From the NCBI RefSeq assembly GCF_009914755.1, contig NC_060931.1: 64,000 bases of DNA, one strand, 5' to 3'. The position numbers and the translations under genes were made by a program. Below are positions 32,366-48,225 of this stretch, piece by piece. The DNA is from the human T2T-CHM13v2.0 reference genome, Homo sapiens. Positions within the stretch are counted from its first letter, which is position 1, and the number at the start of each line of letters is the position of its first letter. Under the pieces are notes generated by a model. The model was not told the DNA's origin. It was given only the letters and a program-made list of their open reading frames with translations, and ran no database searches.

Positions 32366-33619
32366 ATTTTTTTAGTTTTTTATTTTTTATTTTTAGTATT
32401 TATTGATCATTCTTGGGTGTTTCTCAGAGAGGGGGATGTGGCAGGGTCATAGGATAATAGTGGAGAGAAGGTCAGCAGATAAACACGTGAACAAAGGTCT
32501 CTGGTTTTCCTAGGCAGAGGACCCTGCGTGCAGCCTTCCGCAGTGTTTGTGTCCCTGGGTACTTGAGATTAGGGAGTGGTGATGACTCTTAAGGAGCATG
32601 CTGCCTTCAAGCATCTGTTTAACAAAGCACATCTTCCACCGCCCTTAATCCATTTAACCCTGAGTGGACACAGCACATGTTACAGAGAGCACCGGGTTGG
32701 GGGTAAGGTCATAGATCAACAGCATCCCAAGGCAGAAGAATTTTTCTTAGTACAGAACAAAATGGAGTCTCCCATGTCTACTTCTTTCCACACAGACACA
32801 GTAACAATCTGATCTCTCTTTCTTTTCCCCACATTTCCCCCTTTTCTTTTCGACAAAACCGCCGTCATCATCGTGGCCCATTCTGGATGGTCGCTATCTC
32901 TTCGGAGCTGTTGGGTACACTTCCCAGACGGGGTGGCGGCTGGGCAGAGGCGCTCCTCACTTCCCAGACGGGGCGGCCGGGCAGAGGGGCTCCTCACATC
33001 CCAGACGGGGCAGCGGGGCAGAGGGGCTCCTCACTTCCCAGATGGGGCAGCCGGGCAGAGGCACCCCCCACCTCCCAGACGGGGCGGCCGGGCAGAGGGG
33101 CTCCTCACACCCCAGACGATGGGCGGCCAGGCAGAGACACTCCTCACATCCTAGACAGGGTGGCGGCCGGGCAGAGGCTGTAATCTTAGCACTTTGGGAG
33201 GCCAAGGCAGGCGGCTGGGAGGTGGAGGTTGTAGCGAGCAGAGATCACGCCACTGCTCTCCAGCCTGGGCAACATTGAGCATTGAGTGAGCGAGACTCCG
33301 TCTGCAATCCCGGCACCTCGGGAGGCCAAGGCGGGCAGATCACTCGATGTCAGGACCTGGAGACCAGCCCGGCCAACACGGCGAAACCCCATCTGCACCA
33401 AAAAATACAAAAACCAGTCAGGCGTGGCGGCATGTGCCTGCAATCCCAGGCACTGGGCAGGCTGAGGCAGGAGAATCATGGAAGCCCGAGGCAAGGATGT
33501 TGCAGCGAGCTGAGATCACAGCAGTACAGTCCAGCCTCGGCAACAGAGGGAGACTGAAGAAAGAGAGGGAGAGAGAGAGAAGGGAGAGGGAGAGGGAGAG
33601 GGAGTGGGAGAGGGAGAGG
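32366..33619 (-). mobile_element. Full-structure SVA retrotransposon (older, SVA_A/B-like) with short VNTR
   Basis: polyT, SINE-R (tttattgatcattcttgggtgtttctc), GC-rich VNTR (cccagacggggcggccgggcagagg), Alu-like part, (GGGAGA)n hexamer; TSD GCAAATTATTTATTT 32351-32365/33620-33634. Confidence 0.93.
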
Positions 33620-33829
33620 GCAAATTATTTATTTTGTCATGCTGCTAGTGTTCATTTTTACAGAGCAGCAAGGACTTTACAACCCCTGAGTCACAATACA
33701 ATTTACAACACTAAGTAAACAAGTGTATCTCAACAGCAAATACTGCACCTGCTTTAAGACACACCCTAACATATAAATTTAAATAATCTTGACTGTAAAC
33801 TGTTTATACAAATCAGCTGCATTAGTGGT

Positions 33830-34139
33830 TGTCTTGGTTTGTGCTGCTATAACAAAACACCACAGACTGGTTAATTTATAAAGAACAGAAATCTATTTTT
33901 CACAGTTCTGGAGGCTGGGAAATTCAAGATCAAGACACCAGTGGGTTTACTGTCTGCTCTCTGCTTCCAAAATGGTGCCTTCTGAGATGAACGTTGCATA
34001 AGGCCCCTTTTACAAGGGCCTTAATCTTATTTACAAGGAAGAAGCCCCCATGGCCTAATCCCTTCTCAAAGGCCCCACCTCTTAATACCATCACACTGGC
34101 AACACCTGAGTTTACAGGAGGACACATTCAACCATAGCA
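33830..34139 (-). mobile_element. MST/MLT1A-type MaLR LTR
   Basis: gtgctgctataacaaaacaccacagactgg...cccacctcttaataccatcac...accatagca. Confidence 0.75.
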
Positions 34140-35252
34140 ATAGTTCAAAGACGACTGTAGAAAACCTAAAACGTATTTAAGATAATATCTCCTTACTACT
34201 AGACAACCCTTATTGTAAAACATAAGCCAGTATGATTTATATTAAACACCACAAAACACTGAAAATTATCATCATTCTACTTATGGGATATATAAAAGCT
34301 GCCAGATATTCACTCTTTAAGCTAGTAAGTTTATGTTAGGAATGTATTAGAGCTGCAGAAGAAGACAGAAACATAAAATTCTGGCTACTACTTTTGCAAT
34401 ATACCACATTGATTACTTCTTTAAAAAAAAAAAAAAGCAAAAAACGTCATTTGTCTGTGACACACAAGTCTCATGTCTTCTGCCAGCAGCCAGAAACAGT
34501 CCCCAGCTGGCTTCCTGGGGTATAATAAGACCCTTTCTGGTTGCTGATAGTTTGGGCAGTGAGGATGGGAGGTGAGGATATAGTGTTTACAGTGAGGATA
34601 CAGACGTGGCTTTCTGAAGAGAGGGGACAAGGGCCATTGTGACATGGGTTAGGGGATGTGAGAAGACTCCCCAGGATCTGGTAACAAATGATGGGCTAGG
34701 CTGGGGCTGAAGGAGGTCCTCCACTGCCTGCCTATTACAGACTAAGACTGAGCAGTGGGAACTAGGATTGTGATAAGCTGCCCAAATGGTGCTCAGGGGT
34801 TGCTGTCTCTTCTGGAGGGAGGAGAAAGAGATGCTATTGTGTCCATGAACAGTAAGCCTCAAGGTCCCAAACAAAGGCCATGTGACTGTGGAGTCAGGAG
34901 GTCCCCACCCTGAGCTCATGGACTTGCCAGATGCTGGGGTTGCACTGGGAGAGACAAGGGAGATGGGGCGATGCCCACCCCAGAGTGAGAAACCAAAGAA
35001 AAGCAGCCCCCCCCACTCACCACAGCAGCCCCACGGGCTGGCATCTTCCCTCCCTGAGCTCCAGGTCCCCATGACTGTTGACACATCCCAGGTGTGCATA
35101 TTAAACTCCCCTGCCTGTGTTCCCACAGGAGGAAATGGGCCTGGCTAAAACCCTCTGTAGGAAGGGGAGCTAAAGGGACCTGTGGGTGTACCTTTTGTGC
35201 CAATTCGATGTACCACTCTTGTTGCTTCTAGACTTAAATCTATGGTAGAAAT

Positions 35253-35526
35253 TGAGGTGGCAAGGCCAAGGTAGGAGGATTGCTTGAGCCCAAGAGTTCC
35301 AGAACAGGCTGGGCAATGTGACAAAACCTTGTCTCTACAAAAACAAAACAAAACAAAACCAAAAACCCACAAACATTAGGCAGGTGTGGTGGTATGTGCC
35401 TGTAGTCCCAGCTCCTTGGGAGGCTGAAGTCAGAGGATTGCTTGATCCCGGGAGGTCAAGGATACAGTGAGCCATAATGGTGCCACTGTACACCAGCCTG
35501 GGCAACAGAGCAAGACCTTGTCTCAA
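35253..35526 (+). mobile_element. AluJ (5' truncated)
   Basis: aggccaaggtaggaggattgcttgagcccaagagttc...gagcaagaccttgtctca. Confidence 0.85.
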
Positions 35527-35531
35527 GGAAT

Positions 35532-35762
35532 AAGAAGAAGAAGAAGAAGGAGAAGGAGAAGAAGAAGAAGAAGAAGAAGAAGAAGAAGAAGAAGAAGAAG
35601 AAGAAGAAGAAGAAGAAGAAGAAGAAGAAGAAGAAGAAGAAGAAGAAGAAAAGAAGAAGAAGAAGAAGAAGAGGAAGAGGAAGAAGAAGAAGGAGGAGGA
35701 GGAGGAAGAAGAGGAGGAGGAGGAGGAAGAAGAGGAGGAGGAAGAAAAGGAGGAGGAGGAGG
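35532..35762 (+). repeat. Pure polypurine tract with (GAA)31 (35558-35650) and GGA repeats in Alu tail
   Basis: Direct inspection. Confidence 0.95.
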
Positions 35763-37834
35763 TGGAAATAATCAATGTAGTATATGCTTGAACATCCCAA
35801 TCCCTACAGTGCCAGAGGGGATCCTCCCAGCTGGGAAGGAGCTCCAGGTGGAAGGCTGCGAGTGAGACAAGCTGCGCTGCCACTTGCCCCTAGGGGCTGG
35901 GGGATGCATTAGGATCCAGCAGGAGCCTCCCTGCCCTCTCATGCCCATACTTCCCACTGTACAGATGCTGCCCTGCAGGTCAAGAGACAGAAGCTCCTTC
36001 TAAAAGAACCCGGTTGTGATGTTGTCATTCCTCTACCAACAGGGGTGGCTGATAATTACCTACACGTAAAGTTTCCCAGGACTGTGTGTGCATATCCACA
36101 GCTTTTGAGCCTTCTAGCCCTTAAGGAAAACTTCTGTGTCTCTCACACCCACCTCCAAAAAAGCCCAGTGCTTTGTGGGGGGATTCTTTGAACTGGAGAC
36201 AGAAATATGCCTCTCTTGGGCATTCTATTTGGTTCTTTATATTGGCTAACTCATAAACCAGCACCTCTAAGTGGGGTCCAATCCAGTGAGTGGTATAGTG
36301 AAGCTGTCTGGCGAGCTGTGACACCCCTCCATACCTTTGGGTCTATACAACTCTAATGTCCTCTTTAGTAAGCTACAAGTTTGTGTGACTGCTGGTCTTG
36401 CTGATCGAATTCTCTGGGGAAGGGAGGCAGCCTCCACTCAGAGGCATGCATTGATACTTTGGATTCATTGATTTCCTGACATAGCTACTAAGTGCACCCC
36501 TCTTTAAAAGGGGGGCAGCCATTAGCCTTCTACTGAGCTCTTATTAAAGCTGAACATCTGATGAATGAATCCTTGTGACTCTCAGGCTAATGTACCTATT
36601 ATGCCAATGTTGGTGGGTGGGTCAACTTGGACTTGGTCTCTGGCAAGATTGCCCAGCAGTCCTTGCTGGTTATAAGGGGATGGTGTGTTTGAAGACACAA
36701 CCAGCATGCCCCTAGTGTCCCCTCAGTTTTGCATGAAGGGATGGCAGCTGCCCCTATGAAAGTGTGCAGTGTTGGGTCAATATGGCTCAGCCGTTGTTTA
36801 CCCCCACAGCTGACCTGGTCAGCAAATAGAGGCTGCCCAGGGATAGCCATGACCTTAGAGGCTGAGGACCTCACAGCTGGGAAGACCCTGGGGATGCTGA
36901 CGGTGCAGACTGCCTGCTGCCTGCATCCCTCGCAGTGGGCTGTCAGTCCTCTCTTGAATCAGGTTCTGCGGCTGCATCTACCACAGCGAGGGGTTGGGCT
37001 GCTATGGAACTTGGATGCTGACTGAGGCATCAAAGCCCATTAGGAATAGGTAAAAATGAGACCCTTATGAAAGCTCTCTGCTCAGCTGAGTTTCTGATGG
37101 AAGACCTATCGGGGAGGGCCCCTGTGTAATTCCGCTTCTGCTGCCCATGCAGGACGTGTTCTTGGTTTTCTTTATGTGACAAATCACATTTCCTATAGGG
37201 CCTACCCTACTGTAGCTTCATAAACATTGATGGCAAAGGAAGTAGAATTCATGAAAAAAATCCTTTTACGTGGTTTTTAAAAGGAAGACAAATCATTACA
37301 TGAGAAATCTGGAGTTCTACTGTGAATCAGGAATTATGAAAGCTGCCACTTCACTGAACAATGCTTTCGACTGCAAATATCAATATGCGAACTTTCACTT
37401 AAAAAGTGGGGAAAATATAGGATCTCTGAATGCAAATTTGGGAGATAAAGTGGGCCTCAGGCATGAGAATCATGGTTCAGTTTGTTCCATCCATGAAAAC
37501 AGAGTAAAATCAGTCCCCTCTTTGCGAAAGAAAACCATGGATCAGAAACATGGTCCCCTCCCTGAAGGTGGGAACCACCTTCTAGTCAAGGTGAAGCAAG
37601 GAAGGAAGCCGCCCAGCCTTACAATTATCTAAAGCTTGTGTGTATGCTAACACAAGAGGCTAACTCCACAACCTAGTGAACCGAACAAAACTTTGGCAGG
37701 CCCACCATTCAGTCTGCAGCAGAGGGCTCAAGACATATGTGATGTGTCTTGGATCTAGTCCGTCCTATGGTGTCCTCCATATGACGAAAAGACGAGAGGA
37801 TTTTCCAATCATTTCACTGCAGGACATGTGCGCT

Positions 37835-38615
37835 GTGTCAGTTTCCCAAGGCTGCCATAACAAATTACAGTAAACTTGGTGCCTTCAAAACACACACGGA
37901 TTACCTGACAGTTCTGGAGTCCAGCACAGGCCTCACTAGATTAAAATGGAGTTTTCTGCAGGGCTGCATGCCTTTCTGGAGGCTCTGGGGGAGAATCTGT
38001 CCCTGTGACACTTTTAGGGTCCAGAGGCTGCCCACATTCCTTGGCTGGTGCCCTTCCTCCATCTCCCAAGCCGGTGGCACTGCCTCCCTCTGCCTTTGTC
38101 CACAGTCACACCTGTTTGGCTCTCATCTCCTCCCTCATCCACTTCTTGTTTGTTTGTTGGTTGGTTTGTTTCTGAGACAGAATCTCACTCTGTTGCCCCA
38201 GCTGGAGTGCAGTGGCACAATCAAGGCTCACTGTAGCCTTGACTTCCCAGGCTCAGGCAATCCTCCCACCTCAGCCTCCCCAGTAGCTGGGACTAAAGGC
38301 CCATGCACCACCATTCTCAGCTAATTTTTGTATTTTTTTGTAGAGAGGGGGTTTCACCATATTGCCCAGGCTGGTCTCGAACTCCTGAGCTCAAGCAATC
38401 TACCTGCCTCCACCTCCCAAAGTGCTAGGATGACAGGCATGAGCCACTGCATCCTGCCCCACTTGTAAGGATCTGTGTATTAGATTGGGCCCATCCAGAT
38501 AACCCATGATCATCTCCCTATGTTCATATTGGCAACCTCCATTCCCCTTCACCTGTAACATAATCCCAAATTCTGGAGATTAGGACTGGACATCTTTGGG
38601 AGGCCATGATTCTGC
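37835..38615 (-). mobile_element. MLT1 LTR interrupted by AluJ (38145-38458, -)
   Basis: tgtcagtttcccaaggctgccataacaaattacagtaaacttgg...ggactggacatctttgggaggcca; Alu consensus. Confidence 0.78.
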
Positions 38616-39264
38616 CTGCCTCATTTACCCATTCAACTATAATCTTCACTCATGAGGACATCAAGGTTTGTAAGACATGTTTTCAGTCATTGTGAAAAGT
38701 CACAGCCCAAGCTCGGATTCTCCAGGAGTGCTTGCTCAGTCCAGACGTAACTGAACTGGACACAAATTCACCAAGGCTTCTGCATCCCCTCCACCTCCGT
38801 CCCTTCTTCAAGCTAAACCTTGCCATTCTCTGAGACTGAAAGAGTCACTGCAGCCTCTGGTGTTTTGAAGTAGTGGGAGTTCTGCTGTCTTCCCCACACT
38901 GGAGTTAGGAAGCCTCTGTTCTTCCCTAAGCCTGGAATGCCGAGAGAGCTTTGTTCTTTCACACATTCTCCACCTCTGCTGAATCCGGACACTGCTTCCC
39001 TTTGAGGTACCAAGGTGGCTGCAGCATTGCTGGAGTCCCCTCAACAGCGACTTGAACAAGAAAAGTGGGACAATCTCTTTCAGAAGTGAGAAAACTCTCC
39101 CCACATCTCTTCCCACTGCTCAGCAGACTTCCCCTGACTGGCTGGATGGGGGTCACATGCCCATTACTAAGCCAATCACCATCAAAGAAAAGTGATTGCT
39201 ATGCTTGGCTTGATAATTGTCTTTGTCTTAGACCACGAGACAAGGGCTTGGCTGCCATATGCAC

Positions 39265-39561
<297 letters not shown>

Positions 39562-40858
39562 TCTAGATGCTTTTGGGAAGTGATCCTAGGAAGAAAGATT
39601 GAGGGAGGGAGGCAGACCTATTACAGGGTGCACTCAGGAGCATGTTGCCCATGTGGGCAGCTGGGTGTCTCCCTGGGCACCCTGTGAGGAACTGTGTAGA
39701 ATATGGCTCAGAACTGACCTGCCAAGACACATGGAATATGGGCTATTTATCCATAACTCTGTACCCTTAAGGCATTTAATCCTTGTCACTTCCAGGGCAG
39801 GCTAATCAAACTGCCCCCACCCCACCGCACCCCAGTGTGATAAAAATAGGCAGAGCCACAGACAGAGGCAGGACTTAGACAGGGAAGCTGCTGGTGTGCA
39901 CGTGGACTGTCTGCTATAGCATGGGGTGGACTCAAGGTGGCTGAGGGGATGTGGGGCAGGGCACTAGCCTCACCGATGCCAGGACCTCCCCCACTACAGC
40001 GTGGGTAGAGAGGACAGCTTAGCGCCAGGCCAAACAAACCCGCCCAGGATTGGTGTCTCCTCCTGGGACTGCTTTTGGAAAGCACTTCAGAGTTCCAAAG
40101 TTGTGGTGGTAAGTGTCCATGCAGTGAGAACATGGGACTTAACATGTGGCTTAGTGGGCACATAGGCCAGTCAGCCTGAAGGCTGACTGAATTTGAAAAT
40201 CAACAAAGTAATTCACTGCAGTGAGGAAATGCTGGCCAGAGCGTTCCCAGCAGCTGTGTGTGATGGGCAGGGCCAGAGGCCCCCCCACCCACGAAGACAT
40301 AGTCATGCAGTATTACAGGGACCCGCCGCCCCTTGGCTCATAATCACTCTGCCCTGACAGCAGCTGGGTGCTAGGCCCAGGTTTATCCCTCGGGGGGAAA
40401 AGACCAGGTAGGTGGAGACTTCACTCTTCTGGGTCTGCTCCAAAGAAATGGTGACTCTGACCTTGGAGAACACATGAAGACTTGGGGCTTGAGGAAAACT
40501 TCCCAAAAAGGCTTGGATAGGGAATAGGAACCTGACTTCTGCTTGTTTATACAAATAGAAATAAAAGCCATTTTAAAAACATCCCCAGCAATTTCACCCA
40601 AAATCAACTATTCGTGGACTTGAAGAGGGCAGGAGGTGAAGCATGTGTACAGGAAAAGGTTTTATTCCACTCACAGCCCCCAGCCCAGAGTTTTCCTGAA
40701 GTCCAGGCTGAGTGGAATGTGAAGGGACCATCGACTGAGGGGCTGTCCCTTCGCAGGGAAGGCAGCTTCTCTTTCTGGGGTGATTTCAGTGTGGCCTTAC
40801 TAGACCGAACACCAATATCCCAGGTGGGCTGCTTTCAAACTCATTGAGCCATGAGACC

Positions 40859-40914
40859 TGAGGACTAAGCTCTGATTTTTTTATCTTGCCCAAATTCCTT
40901 TCTAAGGGGTCTGG
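40859..40914 (+). mobile_element. MER4-family LTR 5' fragment abutting the pseudogene
   Basis: tgaggactaagctctgatttttttatcttgcccaaattcct(t)tctaaggggtctgg. Confidence 0.65.
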
Positions 40915-42630
<1,716 letters not shown>

Positions 42631-42895
42631 CTGTTTGTGGAGCTGCTTTCCTCCCAGTGTCTTCTGTGAAGACGGCAGGATCCTAAGTCATTAATTTGAA
42701 GCTCGCTAACAACAGCACGATGAAAGCCATGGTCATATCTGCTGCCTCTGTCCAGAGCTCCAGCAGAGCCAACATTAAAGCCACCAATGCCATCCAACAG
42801 CAAACTGTCGTGCTGCCAGCATCCAGCCTGGCCAACACCAAACTCATGCCAAAGACTGTGCACCTTGCCAACCCTAACCTTTTGCCTCAGGGTGC
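42631..42895 (+). pseudogene. ZNF532-derived processed pseudogene, inverted internal CDS fragment
   Basis: AFLPVSSVKTAGS*VINLKLANNSTMKAMVISAASVQSSSRANIKATNAIQQQTVVLPASSLANTKLMPKTVHLANPNLLPQGA resembles ZNF532 internal region; stop at 42684-42686. Confidence 0.85.
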
Positions 42896-44894
42896 TAACC
42901 AGTTCCCTCCTTGGTCCTTGGAAGATTTTGAGGCAGCTTCTCAGAAAACAAGACAATAAAATAATCGTTGTAATAAAACCTGTACATGCTTCAGGAGACT
43001 TATCAGAATGTCTGGGAGGAATAATTGCTTTTCTGAAAATATAATTATTTTTTCAACTCACCGCCACGGTTACTTCTCTTCCCAAGTTCCAAGAAACCTG
43101 ATAACTCCTCCCCACGCTAAGAAGTACAAAGGAAATAAGGTCAGGGGCGTCCAAGCAGACCCTGTGAACAGCAGGAGCCCATACTGTGCTGAAGGGGCTG
43201 TTATTGCCATTGCTGGTCACCTAGAGGTGCTGCGTTCTGGCCACGCCCACGTCGGGGTGCCTAACTCCAGGAAACCCATTTTGGTCTAAAAGAACCATAA
43301 TTGTATATTCCTCATGACCATGGGAAGCCAGTGTTCACTCCTGGTATGGAAAAAGCAGCTCACTCCTGGTATGGAAAAAGTAGGTTGGTTTCTGCTTGGG
43401 AACTAAATGGCTTCTATTTTCTGAGTTCCCTCCTGCAGGTAGGAGGACAACAAACAATATGGCGGTAGGTCCTGTTTATGCCCCAGGCACCGAAGCTGAG
43501 ATAATGTTCTCCAAAAACTGAGAACATCCTTGCTGGCTGAGGCCCTAATTAGAGATTAGGACACGCCTTACAGACCCATTGTTCTAACAAATAGCTTATC
43601 AACGGCCTAGCTCACAGGGTTTGCAGAGCTAAAGGAGCTCTTAATGAATCAGAATTTAACACATTGAATCTTTGTTTTTAAAATGTTGGGTTTGTTGTTT
43701 TTGAACTAATCACATCTGCACAGGGGTCTTTAAGACAATAAAAGCCAACAATTTAAAGAAGTAAAAGGAAAGAACCTGATCTACTGATATTCAACAACAA
43801 ACTGAAAACTGTTTTGTGTTAGAGGTCATTAGAGCTGGCTCCAAGGAAAGACAGAATCAAAATTTACCCAAATACAGCTTTTCCTTCATCTCTTCTGTGT
43901 CTATATCCCGTAGTCTGTGTGAACATTGATTTCTCCTAAGGTGCAAACCCCACTGTTAGGAACCATGCTCCCCTGAGAATTCATACATTGACACCCTAAC
44001 CCCCATGTGATGGTAGTTGGAGAGGGGTCTTTGGGAGTGATTAGGGTTAAGAAGAAGTCCTAATATGATTGAGTTATGATTAGTGTCCTTATAAGAAGAG
44101 ATACCAGAGAGCTTGCCAGAGCCGGTTGACTGTGACTTGAGGAACCAAGGATGGCCCAGTGTCCCTGGGGGCAACAGATGCCACAGTGGGGAGTGTGGTG
44201 CAGGAGGGCAGGGGCAGCCAGCTGCATGCCAAGCCCTTCCTTGGGCTTGTGTGACCCTGCTGTGCGGCTTGCCTCTGCTGTTGAATGCTCCAACACTCCC
44301 CTTGTGACAGATACCCGAGAAAACAACCTGGAGAGCCTCTAACCTCGGGAAAACCCGGCGGTTATTTTATTATAACGTCAAAATCCAATGTTCATGCACT
44401 AGGTTTTTGAGCTTTCAAATCTCCAGTGCAATAAATCCCATCACAGAGGCTTTGAGTCCCCTGCAGGTTGATTCTGTGACTAATTTCCCAATTGTTTCTT
44501 TGAGCAGGAGACTGCCCCGCAGGGATCAGTCTGGGGACGGCTCTCCTGCAGTCCATACTGATGGCTCCCGATGCTGTGTCTGAGCAGAGAAGGAAAAACT
44601 TGAAGTGTCGGCAGAACGCCTGAGACTCTGTCACCTGCTGCTCCACACTGACTGGAGTGAGGTTGTGCGACAAGGAGAGATCTGTGTGCACAGACCTTCT
44701 CCTGGCAGGACAGGGGAGGGAGGGAGGAGATAAAAAGGAAATTAGCCACAAGCCATGGCAATACAAGAACGCTCATCACAGCATTTGTTTTAAATAATAG
44801 GAAAAAGGTAGAAGTGACTTTAATATTAACCAGTAGAGAATTAGGTGAGCTGTCACAGAATAATACGTACAATGAAATGCCATGAAGTCATCGT

Positions 44895-45032
44895 TGTGTG
44901 TGTGTGTGCGTGTGTGTGTGCGTGTGTAAGTGTGTGTGTGCGTGCATGAGTGCAAGTGCATGTGTCTGTGCATGCCTGTGCATGCATGTGCGTGCGTGAG
45001 CGTGTGTGCGTGCGTGTGTGTGCGTGTGTATA
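44895..45032. repeat. (TG)/(CG)/(CA) alternating purine-pyrimidine repeat
   Basis: Direct inspection. Confidence 0.9.
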
Positions 45033-46589
45033 CATGATAAGAAATGAGGACTATAATTTATTTGTACTAAAAGCAATTCATAAAACAAGAACTTAGAGCA
45101 TGAGACCGTTTTTGCTTTTCAGTACATATTTATACAGGCAGGCTCGCCAGTCCTGGGTTACAAAGCAAGACATGAAGGTGACAAAGCTTGTCTCTACGCG
45201 TTAAGATTCCAGGTGACTTTATCTGTTCAGTTCAATATTGTCTGCCACTCTTACGGTGAATATAACATAATCCGAAACAAAGGCGTTTATAATCCTGAAA
45301 GTTCTATGAGCTGAAGACAAAGCTGACTTGTATGAGGCTAAAAGCTTCTTTTTGTATTTCAAACAGGCTAATTTAGCAACAATATTTGGCCCCATAATGA
45401 CAAAAGAAGCCTAATGTTCCTCTTAGGCATTTGGCTGGAAAAGCAGTGCTTTTTCCTGTTGATTTCCCCCCGTGATTTATTAAAGTAATAAAGGCTTGTT
45501 ATGGAAAATTCCAACAAAGTGTGTTTTATTATCTTTCACAGGGTGAGCCCAGCAAGACATGTGGCTCCCCATCTGTCCGGTTAGGGTTCAGGGACTTCCA
45601 GGGTGAGGGGAGGAGGGGGACTTTCTCTGTTCCTTCTCTTTGCCTGTGTAGCGCTTGTTGATGGGTAGACACTACCGTGTGTGATGAATTATTAATAGAA
45701 GAAGCTGTGAGACCATAAATATTCAAGGGGATGCATCTGGTTTCACTGATGTTTCATGTAAGGCAGAAAAAGTACATTTTTACCAAGTGGAACAACTTGT
45801 CAGCCCCAAATCTCTTGCTTGCCTGGACCCAAGCACTACAAGGAGAGGAAAAGCATCTTCTGACACTGCACATAAAAGTCCAGCTGGGACACACTGTGTG
45901 TGAGGAATGTGCAGGGTTCAGCCTGGAAGAGACCATGTGAGCTGACAATGTCGCCATGTTTCCTTAATGGATGTGAGGCTGTCTGCTGGGACTTAGGGGA
46001 GGGGAATGGCCCCACATTTTTTCCAAGAGAAATACGGCATTTCAGAACACCATTTGAAGACTTAGAAGAGGACAAAGGAGATAGAAGCGTCCCTAAGGGA
46101 GTTTGCAGGTGGAGGAGAGCAGCAGGTGTAGAGTTGGGGGCTTGGGACCCACCAGGACTTTGCCAAGACCAGTTCCTCCCATGTTTTCTGCCCCGGGAAG
46201 ATTAAAACCTATGCAGATGTCAATGTCTCCATCTCCGGGGCGTATTTCTGCTTCCAACACTCACCTTCAGAAGCAGATAATCAAAGAAACAGAGTGAGTA
46301 GGAAAGTGAGCTTAGAGCGGAAGAGAAGCGCTCCCGGCTGCACCTGCTTCAGGAAGTCTCTGACTGGTGCTGCTCACGGAACGCGCACAATTCTGTTTCT
46401 CAGCGTGGGACCCCTCCAGAAGGACCCCCCACAAAAGGAGTGGCAGCCTTTCCAAGGCATGTTCCATAAAACCCCAACTTGCAAGAACGCTAATACATAT
46501 TATGTGAACAGAAAGAGGTGCAGAGTAAAAAGACCTTCGTACGTCTCTGAGAAGACCTACAAAAGCTTACCTTGTGAGTCTTGAAGGAC

Positions 46590-46830
46590 TGCTAATAAGA
46601 CCCTAATGGAATGGCCCCAGGGGACCTTGGAAGGCCTGGAAACATTTTTTATTGTCAAAATTGAGGGCAAGTGGAGGGCAGTGACTGGAAGGGAAGGTGG
46701 GTGTGCTTCACTGACGTCTAGTGGGTGTAAGCCGGGGAAACCAAAGACCATTGCACAGTGCACAGTACAGCCCCCAGAGCAAAGAACCATCTGGCCCTAT
46801 AGGTCAGCAGTGCAGAGGCTGAGAAACCCT
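46590..46830. mobile_element. MER20
   Basis: ccccaggggaccttggaaggcctggaaacatttttt...catctggccctataggtcagcagtgcagaggctgagaaaccctg. Confidence 0.65.
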
Positions 46831-47418
46831 GGCCTAAGTGTATTGGAGACAAAACCTCCATCCCACCCCGGACCCTCCCCCTTTAGGCATCTCAATGGTG
46901 TCCTGCAATGCACAGGTAGGGAAACGCTGCCTTTGCACTCAGCTCTGAAGGGGATGAGAACATGCCAGTGTAGTGTGAAATATGTAAAGTGTCTGCGTGG
47001 GCAAATCTTCCCTCAAGACCACCGGGGAATCACCTTCTCCCCAGCAGGCTCCTCTCTGGGATCCTCCTCCATGCTTCCGAAACATCATCAAGCCCCTGTG
47101 GTAGCACCATTTCCTCAGTCCGTGAGCTTTCTCAAAGACGTAGCTCCTGCCCTCTCCATCTCACCGGCATGCAGTGAAGACTTCACCTCCAAATATGTGA
47201 ATGAGGCTCTGAGCCCTGAAGGATTTGGAGAAGGCATAGCAACGAATTCTGATGAAACCTAACAACTGGTTAAGCAGGTATTAAGGGTTGCAGAACACAA
47301 GATCTCATAACTCAATGCCCCATATCCTCAAAACAAAACAAAACCAACTGGTAGGCGAGGGACTGTGCTTGAAGAAGGGGAGGAGTTCTGTGTGTGGAAG
47401 AGACTGGAAGAAGAGAAT

Positions 47419-48225
<807 letters not shown>

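Noticed and set aside
35335-35883. Poly-Ser/Phe/Arg/Glu ORFs
   Set aside because: Translation of GAA/GGA repeat plus Alu
46606-47262. 218-aa ORF
   Set aside because: Starts within MER20; no recognisable domain or coding signature
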